Source: Bacteroidales bacterium UBA3754
GTDB lineage: Bacteria; Bacteroidota; Bacteroidia; Bacteroidales; UBA1715
Length of the DNA stretch: 64,000 bases
NCBI GenBank assembly: GCA_002371705.1
Contig: DFGI01000019.1
Coordinates: forward strand, 17,181-81,180
Direction: 5' to 3'
The notes below the pieces were generated by a model. It had not been told where the DNA came from and searched no databases. It was given only the letters and a program-made list of their open reading frames with translations. The position numbers and the translations under genes were made by a program. This document shows, piece after piece, positions 45,160 to 53,935 of this stretch. Position 1 is the first letter of the stretch, and each line of letters begins with the position of its first letter.

Positions 45160-45983
45160 TTCTTCAATCCCATTTTTTGATAGTTGCTGCTTACATTGAA
45201 CGGAAACGACAATGGTTCGTTGAACATAATCTTGGAATATGTCACGCCCCAGTCAATTTTTTTATTTGGCATTTTCGCTTTCACATACCATTTTGTTGGG
45301 AACGACGTGACATTAAGCTCTTCATAATCTTCGTAATCAATCTTAATTTTTGCATCGTTCATCGCATCGTCGGTTGCAAAAATCGTCACATTATTGATAC
45401 GATAATTGTCGTTGGAAACTTGCCATTTTTGTAACAACGTCAGCATGTTATTTTTCTTGAAAGCCTTTTTCGATGTGGTTTGGAATGAATATTTGTTTTG
45501 CTCAAACGTCCGAATCAACGCCATTGTGTCATGCACAGGTTCGTGTTGGACGAAAAACATCTCATTCAGCAAAATTGCCTCGATTGTTTTGTAGTCGAAT
45601 TCCCCGCCAGTTTGTTGTGTGAGCGAATCCAAACGACCGGCATAGTATGTTTTTTGCAATTTTGAATAGAATTTCACGCTGTCCTTTGTAATCAGGCAAC
45701 GAAACATTTCCAGGTTCAGCGTCGGAGCAACTGATATCCAGATGGCGCTGTCGCGTTTTATGCGAATGGAGCCTTTAATTTGCATAGGCAAAAATTTCAG
45801 GTCTTTCGATTCCACCGAAAATTTCATTGAAATTGTGGAGAAATTTCCATAATGGCTTGTTATGGAATCATATAGCGAAACCATATCAATTTCTTTTGAG
45901 TTCGCCACATTCACCGTATTCTTCGACGAATGGCACGATGTGAACAGACTCACAAGCAACAGTATGTAAACAAGTTTACGCAT
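45156..45983 (-). CDS. Lipoprotein, DUF4292-like (LolB-like fold)
   Basis: Lipobox LFTSC-HSSKN. 275 aa. It sits between the TPR and M23 genes, an arrangement I recall as conserved in Bacteroidota. The ATGA overlaps the downstream gene. Confidence 0.55.
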   Translation of the reverse strand: MRKLVYILLLVSLFTSCHSSKNTVNVANSKEIDMVSLYDSITSHYGNFSTISMKFSVESKDLKFLPMQIKGSIRIKRDSAIWISVAPTLNLEMFRCLITKDSVKFYSKLQKTYYAGRLDSLTQQTGGEFDYKTIEAILLNEMFFVQHEPVHDTMALIRTFEQNKYSFQTTSKKAFKKNNMLTLLQKWQVSNDNYRINNVTIFATDDAMNDAKIKIDYEDYEELNVTSFPTKWYVKAKMPNKKIDWGVTYSKIMFNEPLSFPFNVSSNYQKMGLKN

Positions 45984-46000
45984 ACTAATTTTTTACAAAA

Positions 46001-46384
46001 TTATCTTTTTTTGCCCATTTTCACGTATAATTCGTCTAAAAAGCGTTTGTATTCTGAATTTTCGGAATCAAGTTTAATCGCTTTTTTGATTTGTTCCTCG
46101 GCTTCGGAGAATTTATTTCTATAAAAACTGACATTTGCCAGTTCGTAATATACCGCCGCGCTTGCTGGTTTCAACTTCAGACAATCGTAGTAAAGTGCCG
46201 AAGCCTGCTCGTAATTTTTACGGTTTTTCTCGAGATTCGCCTGTACAAACATTTTTTCGAACTGCATCATTTTTACATCATATTTGAGCGAATCGTCGTG
46301 GTTTTTCAGTTTTTGCGAAAAACACGATGCCGGCAACAGCAAAAAAGTAAATGGTAGAAAAATCTGTAAGACCGTGTGTTTCAT
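46001..46384 (-). CDS. Small secreted TPR-repeat protein
   Basis: A signal peptide plus about 3 TPR-like units (YEQASALYYDCLKLKPASAAVYYELANVSFYRNKFSEAEEQIKKAIKLD). Confidence 0.7.
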   Translation of the reverse strand: MKHTVLQIFLPFTFLLLPASCFSQKLKNHDDSLKYDVKMMQFEKMFVQANLEKNRKNYEQASALYYDCLKLKPASAAVYYELANVSFYRNKFSEAEEQIKKAIKLDSENSEYKRFLDELYVKMGKKR

Positions 46385-46395
46385 TTCTTAAGTTT

Positions 46396-46427
46396 CAAAA
46401 ATGGAGATACACGATTGTATCTCCATT
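46396..46427 (-). terminator. Intrinsic (bidirectional) terminator after metY
   Basis: ATGGAGATAC, 6-nt loop, GTATCTCCAT, flanked by A and T runs on both sides. Confidence 0.7.
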
Positions 46428-46451
46428 TTGTTATACGAGCCGAATGTTGTT

Positions 46452-47732
46452 TTATTTTGCAAGCGCTTGTTCTATATCGGCAATAATATCGTTAACATTT
46501 TCAATACCAACAGAAAAGCGGATTAAGTCAGGTCTCACACCTGCGGCAATCAGTTGCTCATCGCTCAGCTGACGGTGGGTGTGGCTTGCTGGGTGAAGCA
46601 CACAGGTGCGGGCGTCGGCAACGTGCGTAACGATACAAGCCAATTTCAGGTTGTCCATAAAACGGATGGCACGTTGGCGGTCGCCTTTCAAACCGAAAGT
46701 CACCACTCCAGAAGATTGACCGTTAGTAAATTGTTTTTGTGCCAATTCGTAGTATTTGCTTGACTTCAGACTTGGATAATTAACCCATGCAACACTATCG
46801 TTTGCTTCGAGGAATTCGGCAACTTTCTGCGCATTTTCGCAATGGCGTGGAACACGTACGTGTAATGTTTCCAAACCAAGGTTCAACAAGAACGCATTTT
46901 GCGGAGCTTGAATTGAACCCAAATCACGCATCAACTGTGCTGTTGCTTTTGTGATATAGGCACCTTTGCCAAAAGCCTTGCTGTATGCCAATCCGTGGTA
47001 TGATGGGTCTGGTTCGGTTAATCCAGGAAATTTGTCTTTGTGGGCTTCCCAGTCGAAGTTTCCGCTGTCAACAATACAGCCGCCAACGTTGGTCGCATGT
47101 CCGTCCATATATTTTGTTGTGGCGTGGATAACAATATCGGCACCGAATTCAAACGGACGGCAGTTGATTGGCGTTGGAAATGTGTTGTCAACAATCAGAG
47201 GAACGCCGTGCTTGTGGGCGATACGGGCAAATTTTTCAATGTCGAGCACACTCAACACAGGATTTGCTATAGTTTCGCCAAACAAAGCCTTTGTGTTCGG
47301 ACGGAATGCTTTTGAGATTTCTTCTTCGCTTGCGTCAGGGTCAACAAACGTACACTCGATGCCGAGTTTTTTCATTGTCACGGCAAACAGATTGAATGTG
47401 CCGCCGTAGATGGTTGACGACGATACAAAATGGTCGCCTGCCTCGCACACGTTGAATATTGAGTAGAACGAAGCGGCCTGTCCCGACGAAGTTAGCATTG
47501 CGGCAACACCACCTTCGAGGGCGGCAATTTTTGCTGCAACCATATCATTTGTCGGATTTTGCAGACGTGTATAGAAATAGCCACTTGTTTTCAAGTCAAA
47601 CAAGTCGGCCATATCCTCGGTTGAATCATATTTGAATGTTGTACTTTGAATGATGGGCATCACACGGGGTTCACCGTTTTTAGGCTCGTATCCAGCCTGA
47701 ACGCAGAGCGTCTCTATCTTTCGTTTTTCCAT
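46452..47732 (-). CDS. metY: O-acetylhomoserine aminocarboxypropyltransferase / sulfhydrylase (PLP-dependent)
   Basis: MEKRKIETLCVQAGYEP...; the PLP lysine context is HATTKYMDGH. The sequence is collinear with the Cys/Met-metabolism PLP family. ATG at 47732; the track start is a TTG. Confidence 0.9.
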   Translation of the reverse strand: MEKRKIETLCVQAGYEPKNGEPRVMPIIQSTTFKYDSTEDMADLFDLKTSGYFYTRLQNPTNDMVAAKIAALEGGVAAMLTSSGQAASFYSIFNVCEAGDHFVSSSTIYGGTFNLFAVTMKKLGIECTFVDPDASEEEISKAFRPNTKALFGETIANPVLSVLDIEKFARIAHKHGVPLIVDNTFPTPINCRPFEFGADIVIHATTKYMDGHATNVGGCIVDSGNFDWEAHKDKFPGLTEPDPSYHGLAYSKAFGKGAYITKATAQLMRDLGSIQAPQNAFLLNLGLETLHVRVPRHCENAQKVAEFLEANDSVAWVNYPSLKSSKYYELAQKQFTNGQSSGVVTFGLKGDRQRAIRFMDNLKLACIVTHVADARTCVLHPASHTHRQLSDEQLIAAGVRPDLIRFSVGIENVNDIIADIEQALAK

Positions 47733-47758
47733 TTTTGTAAGAATAATCAATGTTTTCG

Positions 47759-47766
47759 CAAAGATA
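47759..47766 (-). promoter_or_regulatory. -7 box TATCTTTG for metY
   Basis: Reverse complement of caaagata, 26 nt upstream of the ATG at 47732. The 17-mer caaagatagaaagattt (47759-47775) is identical to 8390-8406. Confidence 0.55.
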
Positions 47767-47807
47767 GAAAGATTTGGAAATTTCGTGGCGTATCACCACA
47801 AATTCTG

Positions 47808-47838
47808 CAAAACAAAAAGGCTCGCTTAAGCGAGCCTC
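47808..47838 (-). terminator. Intrinsic terminator
   Basis: On the minus strand: AGGCTCGC, loop TTAA, GCGAGCCT, then TTTTTGTTTT. Confidence 0.75.
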
Positions 47839-47867
47839 CATATAAAACAATATTGATGAAAAAATTT

Positions 47868-49013
47868 TTACTTTATAAAGCGTGCTGTTCCTTCAGCTGC
47901 TTTTATGAAATAAATTCCGGCAGGAAGGTCTTTTATGCTCAGTTCTTCTTTGCCTGCTTTCACAGTTTTTCCTAAAATGTCGAGCACTTCAATCCGACCT
48001 TCGGAATACACAACTCCGTCAACAATTTCCAATGCATTGCCTTCCACAACTGAAATGGCTTCTTGGTTTTGGAAATTTTCAGCTTGGTTTTTCGTTGCAT
48101 TACCAACGGTTAAGTCCTTGATGTACAAATCATAAATGTTTTCGTCAGCCATAGAACTTGGAGCTTTTTCATCATTTATGTATATTTCCACACCAATGAT
48201 TCTTGAAGAATCTAATAATATTTTCAATGATTCAGGAGCTTCGCTTGTTGGCATCTGCACGCCATTGAACCATGAATTTGAACCGTCAGCAAGAGGACCA
48301 GTATATGCATCGTTCGAGATAAATCCTTCAAAAATATCATCACCTAGTTCTTCTTCAACGCCTTCATCTTCATTGGAAGCAAAAAGAATACATACCTCGT
48401 TCCATTGTTTTGCAATAGATGGCTCGTAAATCGTGCTTCTTTCTGTTGAGAATTTGTATGAACCGGAACGTGTGGTTTTACGACCTTTAATGTCCCATAA
48501 ATCAACGCGTATGTTCATAATCAAAGAAGATACAGCTTGGTATTTGAAAGAAATCATACGGTTGGTTGGCTCGGAGAAGTCAATGGAATACCCTTTTGCC
48601 GTACGGTGGCAATCTTTTCCGTCAGCCCATTGCTCACCTGTGATGGGATTTACAAGTTGCCAATTATCTGACTCGCATCCAGCAGGATATGCCCAATACA
48701 TCCAGCTCAGTCCAAACTTCTCCCATTGAGATGTTTTTTCATAATGCACGTTGAACACATCGCCATCGGTGGTGATGGTATATGCATTGTTTGAAATACT
48801 ACCTTCGGCAACTTTCATTCCGTTTTCAGGAGTAAGGCCAGTCAAAGCTTTCACGTTCTGCGTTTGGTCGTCAACATTCCACCACGCGTCGTATTGTTCG
48901 TAATTTTGTTCGAATTTTTCCCAATAATCTGCGGGAATTTCTCCTATTTGTGCCGATACACCAAATGACACACAAAGAGAAGCAAAAATCATTAACCCTT
49001 TTTTCATAATCAT
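47868..49013 (-). CDS. T9SS-secreted protein, probable carbohydrate-binding accessory protein
   Basis: Signal peptide MIMKKGLMIFASLCVSFGVSAQ. The body is beta-rich and Trp-rich. The C-terminal LPAGIYFIKAAEGTARFIK looks like a T9SS tail. It lies immediately downstream of the GH44-like gene. Function is inferred only from context. Confidence 0.55.
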   Translation of the reverse strand: MIMKKGLMIFASLCVSFGVSAQIGEIPADYWEKFEQNYEQYDAWWNVDDQTQNVKALTGLTPENGMKVAEGSISNNAYTITTDGDVFNVHYEKTSQWEKFGLSWMYWAYPAGCESDNWQLVNPITGEQWADGKDCHRTAKGYSIDFSEPTNRMISFKYQAVSSLIMNIRVDLWDIKGRKTTRSGSYKFSTERSTIYEPSIAKQWNEVCILFASNEDEGVEEELGDDIFEGFISNDAYTGPLADGSNSWFNGVQMPTSEAPESLKILLDSSRIIGVEIYINDEKAPSSMADENIYDLYIKDLTVGNATKNQAENFQNQEAISVVEGNALEIVDGVVYSEGRIEVLDILGKTVKAGKEELSIKDLPAGIYFIKAAEGTARFIK

Positions 49014-49051
49014 TCGTTTTAAAGTTCAACTTACAAATATACACATTTTCT

Positions 49052-49070
49052 TAGTGTATTCAATACACTA
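49052..49070. promoter_or_regulatory. Palindrome TAGTGTA-N5-TACACTA, copy 1
   Basis: tagtgtattcaatacacta has perfect 9-bp arms around a single central base. It overlaps the GH44-like stop codon and sits 10 bp upstream (on the minus strand) of the TATATTTG box at 49034-49041 that serves gene 47868-49013. It has the same half-sites and spacing as 57639-57657. Confidence 0.4.
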
Positions 49071-52000
49071 TTGAACAATTATTTTCTTTACCACAAAGGC
49101 AGAGCCGTCGAATAGCCTTACGGAGTAAGTTCCCGTCGAATTTAATGAAAACTCAAAATTTTTGTTGAATGAGCCTGATTTTACTATTGTTCCGTTATTT
49201 GCGATTATGGAATATGTAATTTCGTTATCAATATCCGTCGATATGGTTATGGTTTCACCAATGTTTGCTGGAATTGGCGAAATTGTGTATGCCGACGATT
49301 CAATAGTGGAAATTGCATCAGGTTTTTGCGGAACATAAATCTGTGATGAACTGTTCTTTACGGTAAATGTTGTGTCGCGAACAAGTCCGCCATCAATGGT
49401 TTTCAAATCAGTGCCAATGTGCATTGTGATGTTATCGCCTTGGTAGATTGTTGTGTCCAATTGGAATGTGAGTACAGGTTGAGTATTGAATCTAACTGAC
49501 TCAATTGGTATTACAACGTTATCGTTACAGGTGATTGTAATGTCTTCAATATTAGGCAGTTCGGCAATTCCTACATTAAAATACACCGATAAAGAATTCC
49601 CTTTCTTCATTATATTTGTGCGCACAACGGTACCATTCATATATTTTTCTTCTTCAACAAATTGTATATAGTTGATATTGTAGCCACCTTCTCCAATTTT
49701 AAGAACAAAGTCATGTTCTCCTGCGGTTAGAGGAATGGCTCTGTATGCTTCTTTCCAAGTGTTAAAACTTTTTGTTGCAAGAATTGTCAAATGATATGAT
49801 TCGCCATCTACCACAATATCTAAATCACCATCACGTTCCGAAGCATATCGGAAATACACGGTATATGTGGCATCTTTGGGAACGTTGATTTTATATGTGT
49901 AAGCATCGCCTGCGCCAATGTATCCAAGGTGTTTTCCTGTTCCCAATTCCGAATCGTCGGAACAAACTTCAACAACAGGGTCGCCGATACGAATCCAATA
50001 TTGTTCCGCTTGGATTACTTCTTCAGGAATGGAAACAACGGTTGCTCCCATATCTTCCAACTTATTGTCAAGAACTTCCGAGAAGCTGTCCAACACGCCG
50101 TTGTGAATTGTCAGCACTTGACTATCGTCAACATACGACAATGTGTAATCCACACCAGCCATCATTTCTTTCTTTGTGACTATAGCCAATCGTCGTTCAG
50201 ATTTATAATATCTTGTTGTGTATTCCATTTCCTTACCCTCCGAATTGGTGATTTTGAATCCCACATTGTTGAAATCCGTGGTTGGAACCATATTCGTGTT
50301 GAAATACACATAAATAGTGTAGTTGTCGAAAACTATCATTGAATCAATCACGGGTGCGAAGTTTGCGCCCCCCGTTAAATTCATTGTGAAATCTGAAAGC
50401 ATAGTTCCATCTTTTGCCATAATACTTTCATTGTTTCCCGATTTCAAAATGGTGTTTTTGTACTTAAATAAACGGCTTGACGGATAAATTATCAATTCGT
50501 TTTCAGACTCTTCCGATATTGAGATTTCTTTAACGCCCACTTCTTCGTCATCCTGCATTATTGAAACACCTTCGTTTGCTACGGAAGATATTCCCTTGGA
50601 AACCAATAATTTAATGTATCGTCCCAATATGTCGATTTCGCCAGATACCGCACGGATAGGAGCGGCTTCTTGTTCGTTGAACACATACACAGTGTCGAAA
50701 CTTGCAATTGGATGGTTGTATTCTCCAATCACGTTTGTCCCAAGATACGAAATTAGAATTTGTTCGTCAGTTGGCAAAATTGCGTTTGCGAGTTTCAGAA
50801 CCGCATTTTTCCCGTCAACGGTAATTGAAGAAACAGCATTAGCCTCGCCGTTCACAGTAACCGTGAATTCTTGGACTGCATCGGTAGCTGATTCCAACGT
50901 AAGATTTCCATCGAACGCAAGGACAATCTCGTCGGAGTTCGGGTCAACAACTTTTGCCTTCACAAGTTTTGACTGTTGAACAGCGTCCAAAATAATATGT
51001 ACTGCTGAATATGTAGGAACATCGTAGTTGAACGATGAATTTTCTATGTTGGAGATTCTTTCCAATTGTAAAATGTTCGAAGTCGCTTCGCCAAATCCAT
51101 ACACGATACCATTTTCGTAAATACCGTTTGCAATGTTGATTTTCGTTTTTTGTACCGTGTTAGTTTTATTCACAATAATTATGTGCAGATTTCCATCATC
51201 GTCCAATGAAGCGAAACTCGACAATGAAACCGTGTCGCTTTGCATAGCGTACACCGATGTGTTTCCAAACTTGGCGCCGTTTCCATCATAGTTCAAATAT
51301 AGGTTGTAAGCGGCTTTGGAATAGCTTTTGAACACATCCCATTTGCAAGCAAGATACACATCTTCGCGTCCCAATACACCAAGCACATCAACAAGGCTCA
51401 AACCGCCCGACCAATGGTCTTCTGCATCATATTCAAATTCTGTGAACGCTATCTTTGTACCAGGATAAAAGTTGTTGATAGATTTCTTTATTTTTTGGAT
51501 AATGGCCTTTCCGCCTTGAATATCAACGTATGAACGCTGACCGTCGGCACCATAATATTGATATTTACTGTCCCATAAAGCGCGTGGAGCCTGAAGACGT
51601 GCTTCAATCATATCTTCCGCAATCAGTTCCGACGGACTTGCAACGTTGTCGAGGTCAACCACACGTTTTCTGGTGATTTTTCCGTATGATTCTGGATACC
51701 AGTGGAATGCAATCGCATCAATTGAACGATGGCCAGTTGCTTCTTCAACTTTGCGCAATGTGTCCAAATAATAGTCAACAAACCAAGCATACGTATTTGT
51801 GTATCCTTCACGGCGACTTAAATTATAAATAGTCTTCCATTCCTGATTATCCATACCCCAGTGATAGGCATCAGTCCAGCCGAAAAACATTGGGCCATAA
51901 ATGTCTGCGCCAGGAGCTAGTTCACGGATTACTTTTGACAAACCGACTGTTTTTTCTATCAATTCCTCAGGAGTAGTTTTTTGAGGGTGAAGACGGGCAT

Positions 52001-52592
52001 GCGTTTGGCTCCACAAATATGGCTCATTATCAATTGCATACGCTGAAACACCACCATCGCCGGCACGGCCAAGCTTTGCCGACAAGTAATGTACTAATTC
52101 ATCAATATAAACAGTGTCATCTTTAGGATCAGGAGTTAACGTGTATGGCTCACTTTTGTGGAATGAAATAGGTTTCCAACGTTCACTTGGAGCAGCTTGC
52201 TCTTCGGAAACAATACCGTTTTTGTCGGCGGCAACATAACCAGCCGCCTGCAACGAAACCAAATTATATTGCCCCTTGCTGTCAGCATCTTTTGTAGCAT
52301 TCAAAATAGGAAGTGCAGGAACCGTGCTTCCAGAATAGTCATAAAAATTATCGGATGTGAATTTTGCATCGTTTCCACCATTTGAAGCATTGTTTTCCCA
52401 GTTGTAGCTGGTGCTTCGGTTTCCGCCCCAACGAGCCGCAGTCGCACCTTCGTAGGATTCATTCGTGCCATAAATGTACGGACTAATACTGTGAACGTTC
52501 GATTTTACATCGATTTCAATTGTTTTTTGCGAAAATCCCACCATAGGAACTATGGTTACAATTGCAAATAGTTCTTTTGTAAATCTTTTCAT
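49068..52592 (-). CDS. GH44-like glycoside hydrolase with Ig-like and CBM6/35-like modules and a T9SS tail
   Basis: Signal peptide MKRFTKELFAIVTIVPMVGFSQ from the ATG at 52592. RWGGNRSTSYNWENNASNGGND matches the GH44 signature as I recall it. Later features include a beta-sandwich region (GDAYTYKINVPKDATYTVYFRYAS...) and C-terminal GTYSVRLFDGSAFVVKKIIVQ. I reject the track's 61-codon N-terminal extension. Confidence 0.75.
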   Translation of the reverse strand: MKRFTKELFAIVTIVPMVGFSQKTIEIDVKSNVHSISPYIYGTNESYEGATAARWGGNRSTSYNWENNASNGGNDAKFTSDNFYDYSGSTVPALPILNATKDADSKGQYNLVSLQAAGYVAADKNGIVSEEQAAPSERWKPISFHKSEPYTLTPDPKDDTVYIDELVHYLSAKLGRAGDGGVSAYAIDNEPYLWSQTHARLHPQKTTPEELIEKTVGLSKVIRELAPGADIYGPMFFGWTDAYHWGMDNQEWKTIYNLSRREGYTNTYAWFVDYYLDTLRKVEEATGHRSIDAIAFHWYPESYGKITRKRVVDLDNVASPSELIAEDMIEARLQAPRALWDSKYQYYGADGQRSYVDIQGGKAIIQKIKKSINNFYPGTKIAFTEFEYDAEDHWSGGLSLVDVLGVLGREDVYLACKWDVFKSYSKAAYNLYLNYDGNGAKFGNTSVYAMQSDTVSLSSFASLDDDGNLHIIIVNKTNTVQKTKINIANGIYENGIVYGFGEATSNILQLERISNIENSSFNYDVPTYSAVHIILDAVQQSKLVKAKVVDPNSDEIVLAFDGNLTLESATDAVQEFTVTVNGEANAVSSITVDGKNAVLKLANAILPTDEQILISYLGTNVIGEYNHPIASFDTVYVFNEQEAAPIRAVSGEIDILGRYIKLLVSKGISSVANEGVSIMQDDEEVGVKEISISEESENELIIYPSSRLFKYKNTILKSGNNESIMAKDGTMLSDFTMNLTGGANFAPVIDSMIVFDNYTIYVYFNTNMVPTTDFNNVGFKITNSEGKEMEYTTRYYKSERRLAIVTKKEMMAGVDYTLSYVDDSQVLTIHNGVLDSFSEVLDNKLEDMGATVVSIPEEVIQAEQYWIRIGDPVVEVCSDDSELGTGKHLGYIGAGDAYTYKINVPKDATYTVYFRYASERDGDLDIVVDGESYHLTILATKSFNTWKEAYRAIPLTAGEHDFVLKIGEGGYNINYIQFVEEEKYMNGTVVRTNIMKKGNSLSVYFNVGIAELPNIEDITITCNDNVVIPIESVRFNTQPVLTFQLDTTIYQGDNITMHIGTDLKTIDGGLVRDTTFTVKNSSSQIYVPQKPDAISTIESSAYTISPIPANIGETITISTDIDNEITYSIIANNGTIVKSGSFNKNFEFSLNSTGTYSVRLFDGSAFVVKKIIVQ

Positions 52593-52629
52593 ATATAAAT
52601 TTTGATTTGTTCTTACGAACGGTTTATAC

Positions 52630-52836
52630 TTATCCTTTGTCTGTTTTGAATGGACTGTCGGTTGTGATGGTGCCGTCAGCCAGTTCATAATATATTTTTC
52701 CGTCAACGGAATACACAAGAGGAATACCTTTTTTTCGGTTTTCTTCCTGAGCTTTTCGAACCGCTTGGTTGCCAATAGATTCTATCTCGAAACCTTTCAA
52801 GTATAAATTCAAGTCTGAAAACTTTTTTACTTCCAT
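52630..52836 (-). CDS. Small hypothetical protein (68 aa)
   Basis: MEVKKFSDLNLYLKGFEIESIGNQAVRKAQEENRKKGIPLVYSVDGKIYYELADGTI.... It has its own TATATTTG-type box about 60 nt upstream. I recognise no family. Confidence 0.4.
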   Translation of the reverse strand: MEVKKFSDLNLYLKGFEIESIGNQAVRKAQEENRKKGIPLVYSVDGKIYYELADGTITTDSPFKTDKG

Positions 52837-53011
52837 ACTACATTCTTTAACTACTCGAAAATCAAAAATGCCTTTTTGTAAAATTGCCACTTTTGACCAA
52901 TGCAAATATATTATTTTTTTTCAAAAAATACTGATTGTTGATAAGTTATTAGATGAAATGAAAAGTAGTCTGATTTTCAGTAAAATAGAAGTTTTTCTGT
53001 CGTTAGACAAA

Positions 53012-53581
53012 TCAGAACTTCGACATAAATTTGTAGAAATAGTCCTTATTTTCAATGGAGAATTGATTTTTCATTCCCAAAGCTATGGGAATAAATTTAT
53101 TTTCGGAATTATAGACCAAAAACCATTTGTCGGCTTCATTTTTATAGTTGTTCCAAAAATTTTCCTTGCTTCGGTAGTAACGGCGGATTACATCGCGGTC
53201 TGGCACAAAGTGACCGCCTTTCAGCACACGCTCCTTAATACGCTCAATGCACACTTCGGGGGAATATAGAAACACATACACGAGTGTCACATCGTAGCCT
53301 TCTTTGTGGAAATCGTCCATCATTTTCGTTAAATATGTGCCCGACAATGTACTTTCTATTAATACACTTTCTCCTCGTTTTTTATATTCTTCAAGTTGTT
53401 TGAAAAAGATTTTTCCCGCGCTTACACTCACTTTGCTCATATTCACAGGGTCAATGGTCTTGGCGATTTCGTCGGCATTGAGGCACGCCATAGGATGCAG
53501 CTCTATGTAGCTTTGCGTAAATGTTGTTTTTCCCGAACCATTCGGACCTCCAATGATAACCAATTCTTTTGCTTCTGCCAT
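53012..53581 (-). CDS. Zeta-toxin-like / COG4185-type P-loop kinase
   Basis: MAEAKELVIIGGPNGSGKTTF carries the Walker A motif. The 189-aa length and ...LIESTLSG... (ESVLIESTLSG) resemble zeta-toxin-family ATPases. Confidence 0.7.
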   Translation of the reverse strand: MAEAKELVIIGGPNGSGKTTFTQSYIELHPMACLNADEIAKTIDPVNMSKVSVSAGKIFFKQLEEYKKRGESVLIESTLSGTYLTKMMDDFHKEGYDVTLVYVFLYSPEVCIERIKERVLKGGHFVPDRDVIRRYYRSKENFWNNYKNEADKWFLVYNSENKFIPIALGMKNQFSIENKDYFYKFMSKF

Positions 53582-53599
53582 ATACCTGCATTTTCATTA

Positions 53600-53607
53600 C
53601 AAAGATA
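53600..53607 (-). promoter_or_regulatory. -7 box TATCTTTG for the zeta-like gene
   Basis: Reverse complement of caaagata, 18 nt upstream of the ATG at 53581. Confidence 0.55.
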
Positions 53608-53651
53608 GGAAAGTTATGGCAGAGGTTACACAAAAATTGAAAAAAGTGGTG

Positions 53652-53930
53652 TTATAATGATACATTCCACCAAATTATTACAATGATTTGCAATGCGAGA
53701 ATCACGGGAATCCCAATTCGGAACTTGTTGTGCAAAGTTTTGTGTCTCCAGATTTTCATCCCTGCCAATGCGCCAATGCTACCGCCAAGCACTGCCATTG
53801 TGAGCAACGTTGATTCCGGAATACGCCATTTGTCGCGCTTCGCTTTGTATTTGTCGATGCCAAAGGCAATGAATGCCGCTATGTTAATGGCAAGAAGATA
53901 CAGTATGATGGTTGAAATGTTTGTTTCCAT
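53652..53930 (-). CDS. DUF1294-like small membrane protein
   Basis: ...AFGIDKYKAKRDKWRIPESTLL..A.LGGSIGA..GM...RHKT..KF... is the pattern I associate with DUF1294. ATG at 53930 (METNIS...). Confidence 0.7.
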   Translation of the reverse strand: METNISTIILYLLAINIAAFIAFGIDKYKAKRDKWRIPESTLLTMAVLGGSIGALAGMKIWRHKTLHNKFRIGIPVILALQIIVIIWWNVSL

Positions 53931-53935
53931 ACGTG

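Noticed and set aside
47751-47867. Possibility of a SAM or other riboswitch upstream of metY.
   Set aside because: Only 26 nt separate the -7 box from the metY ATG, and the rest of the 135-nt spacer is taken up by the upstream gene's terminator. There is no room for a riboswitch aptamer and I saw no conserved riboswitch motifs.
52593-52775. A 61-codon N-terminal extension of the GH44-like ORF (MATKRFEKLRKK...).
   Set aside because: A canonical signal peptide begins at the internal ATG at 52592 (MKRFTKELFAIVTIVPMVGFSQ). The extension overlaps the separate 68-aa ORF and has no signal-peptide character.
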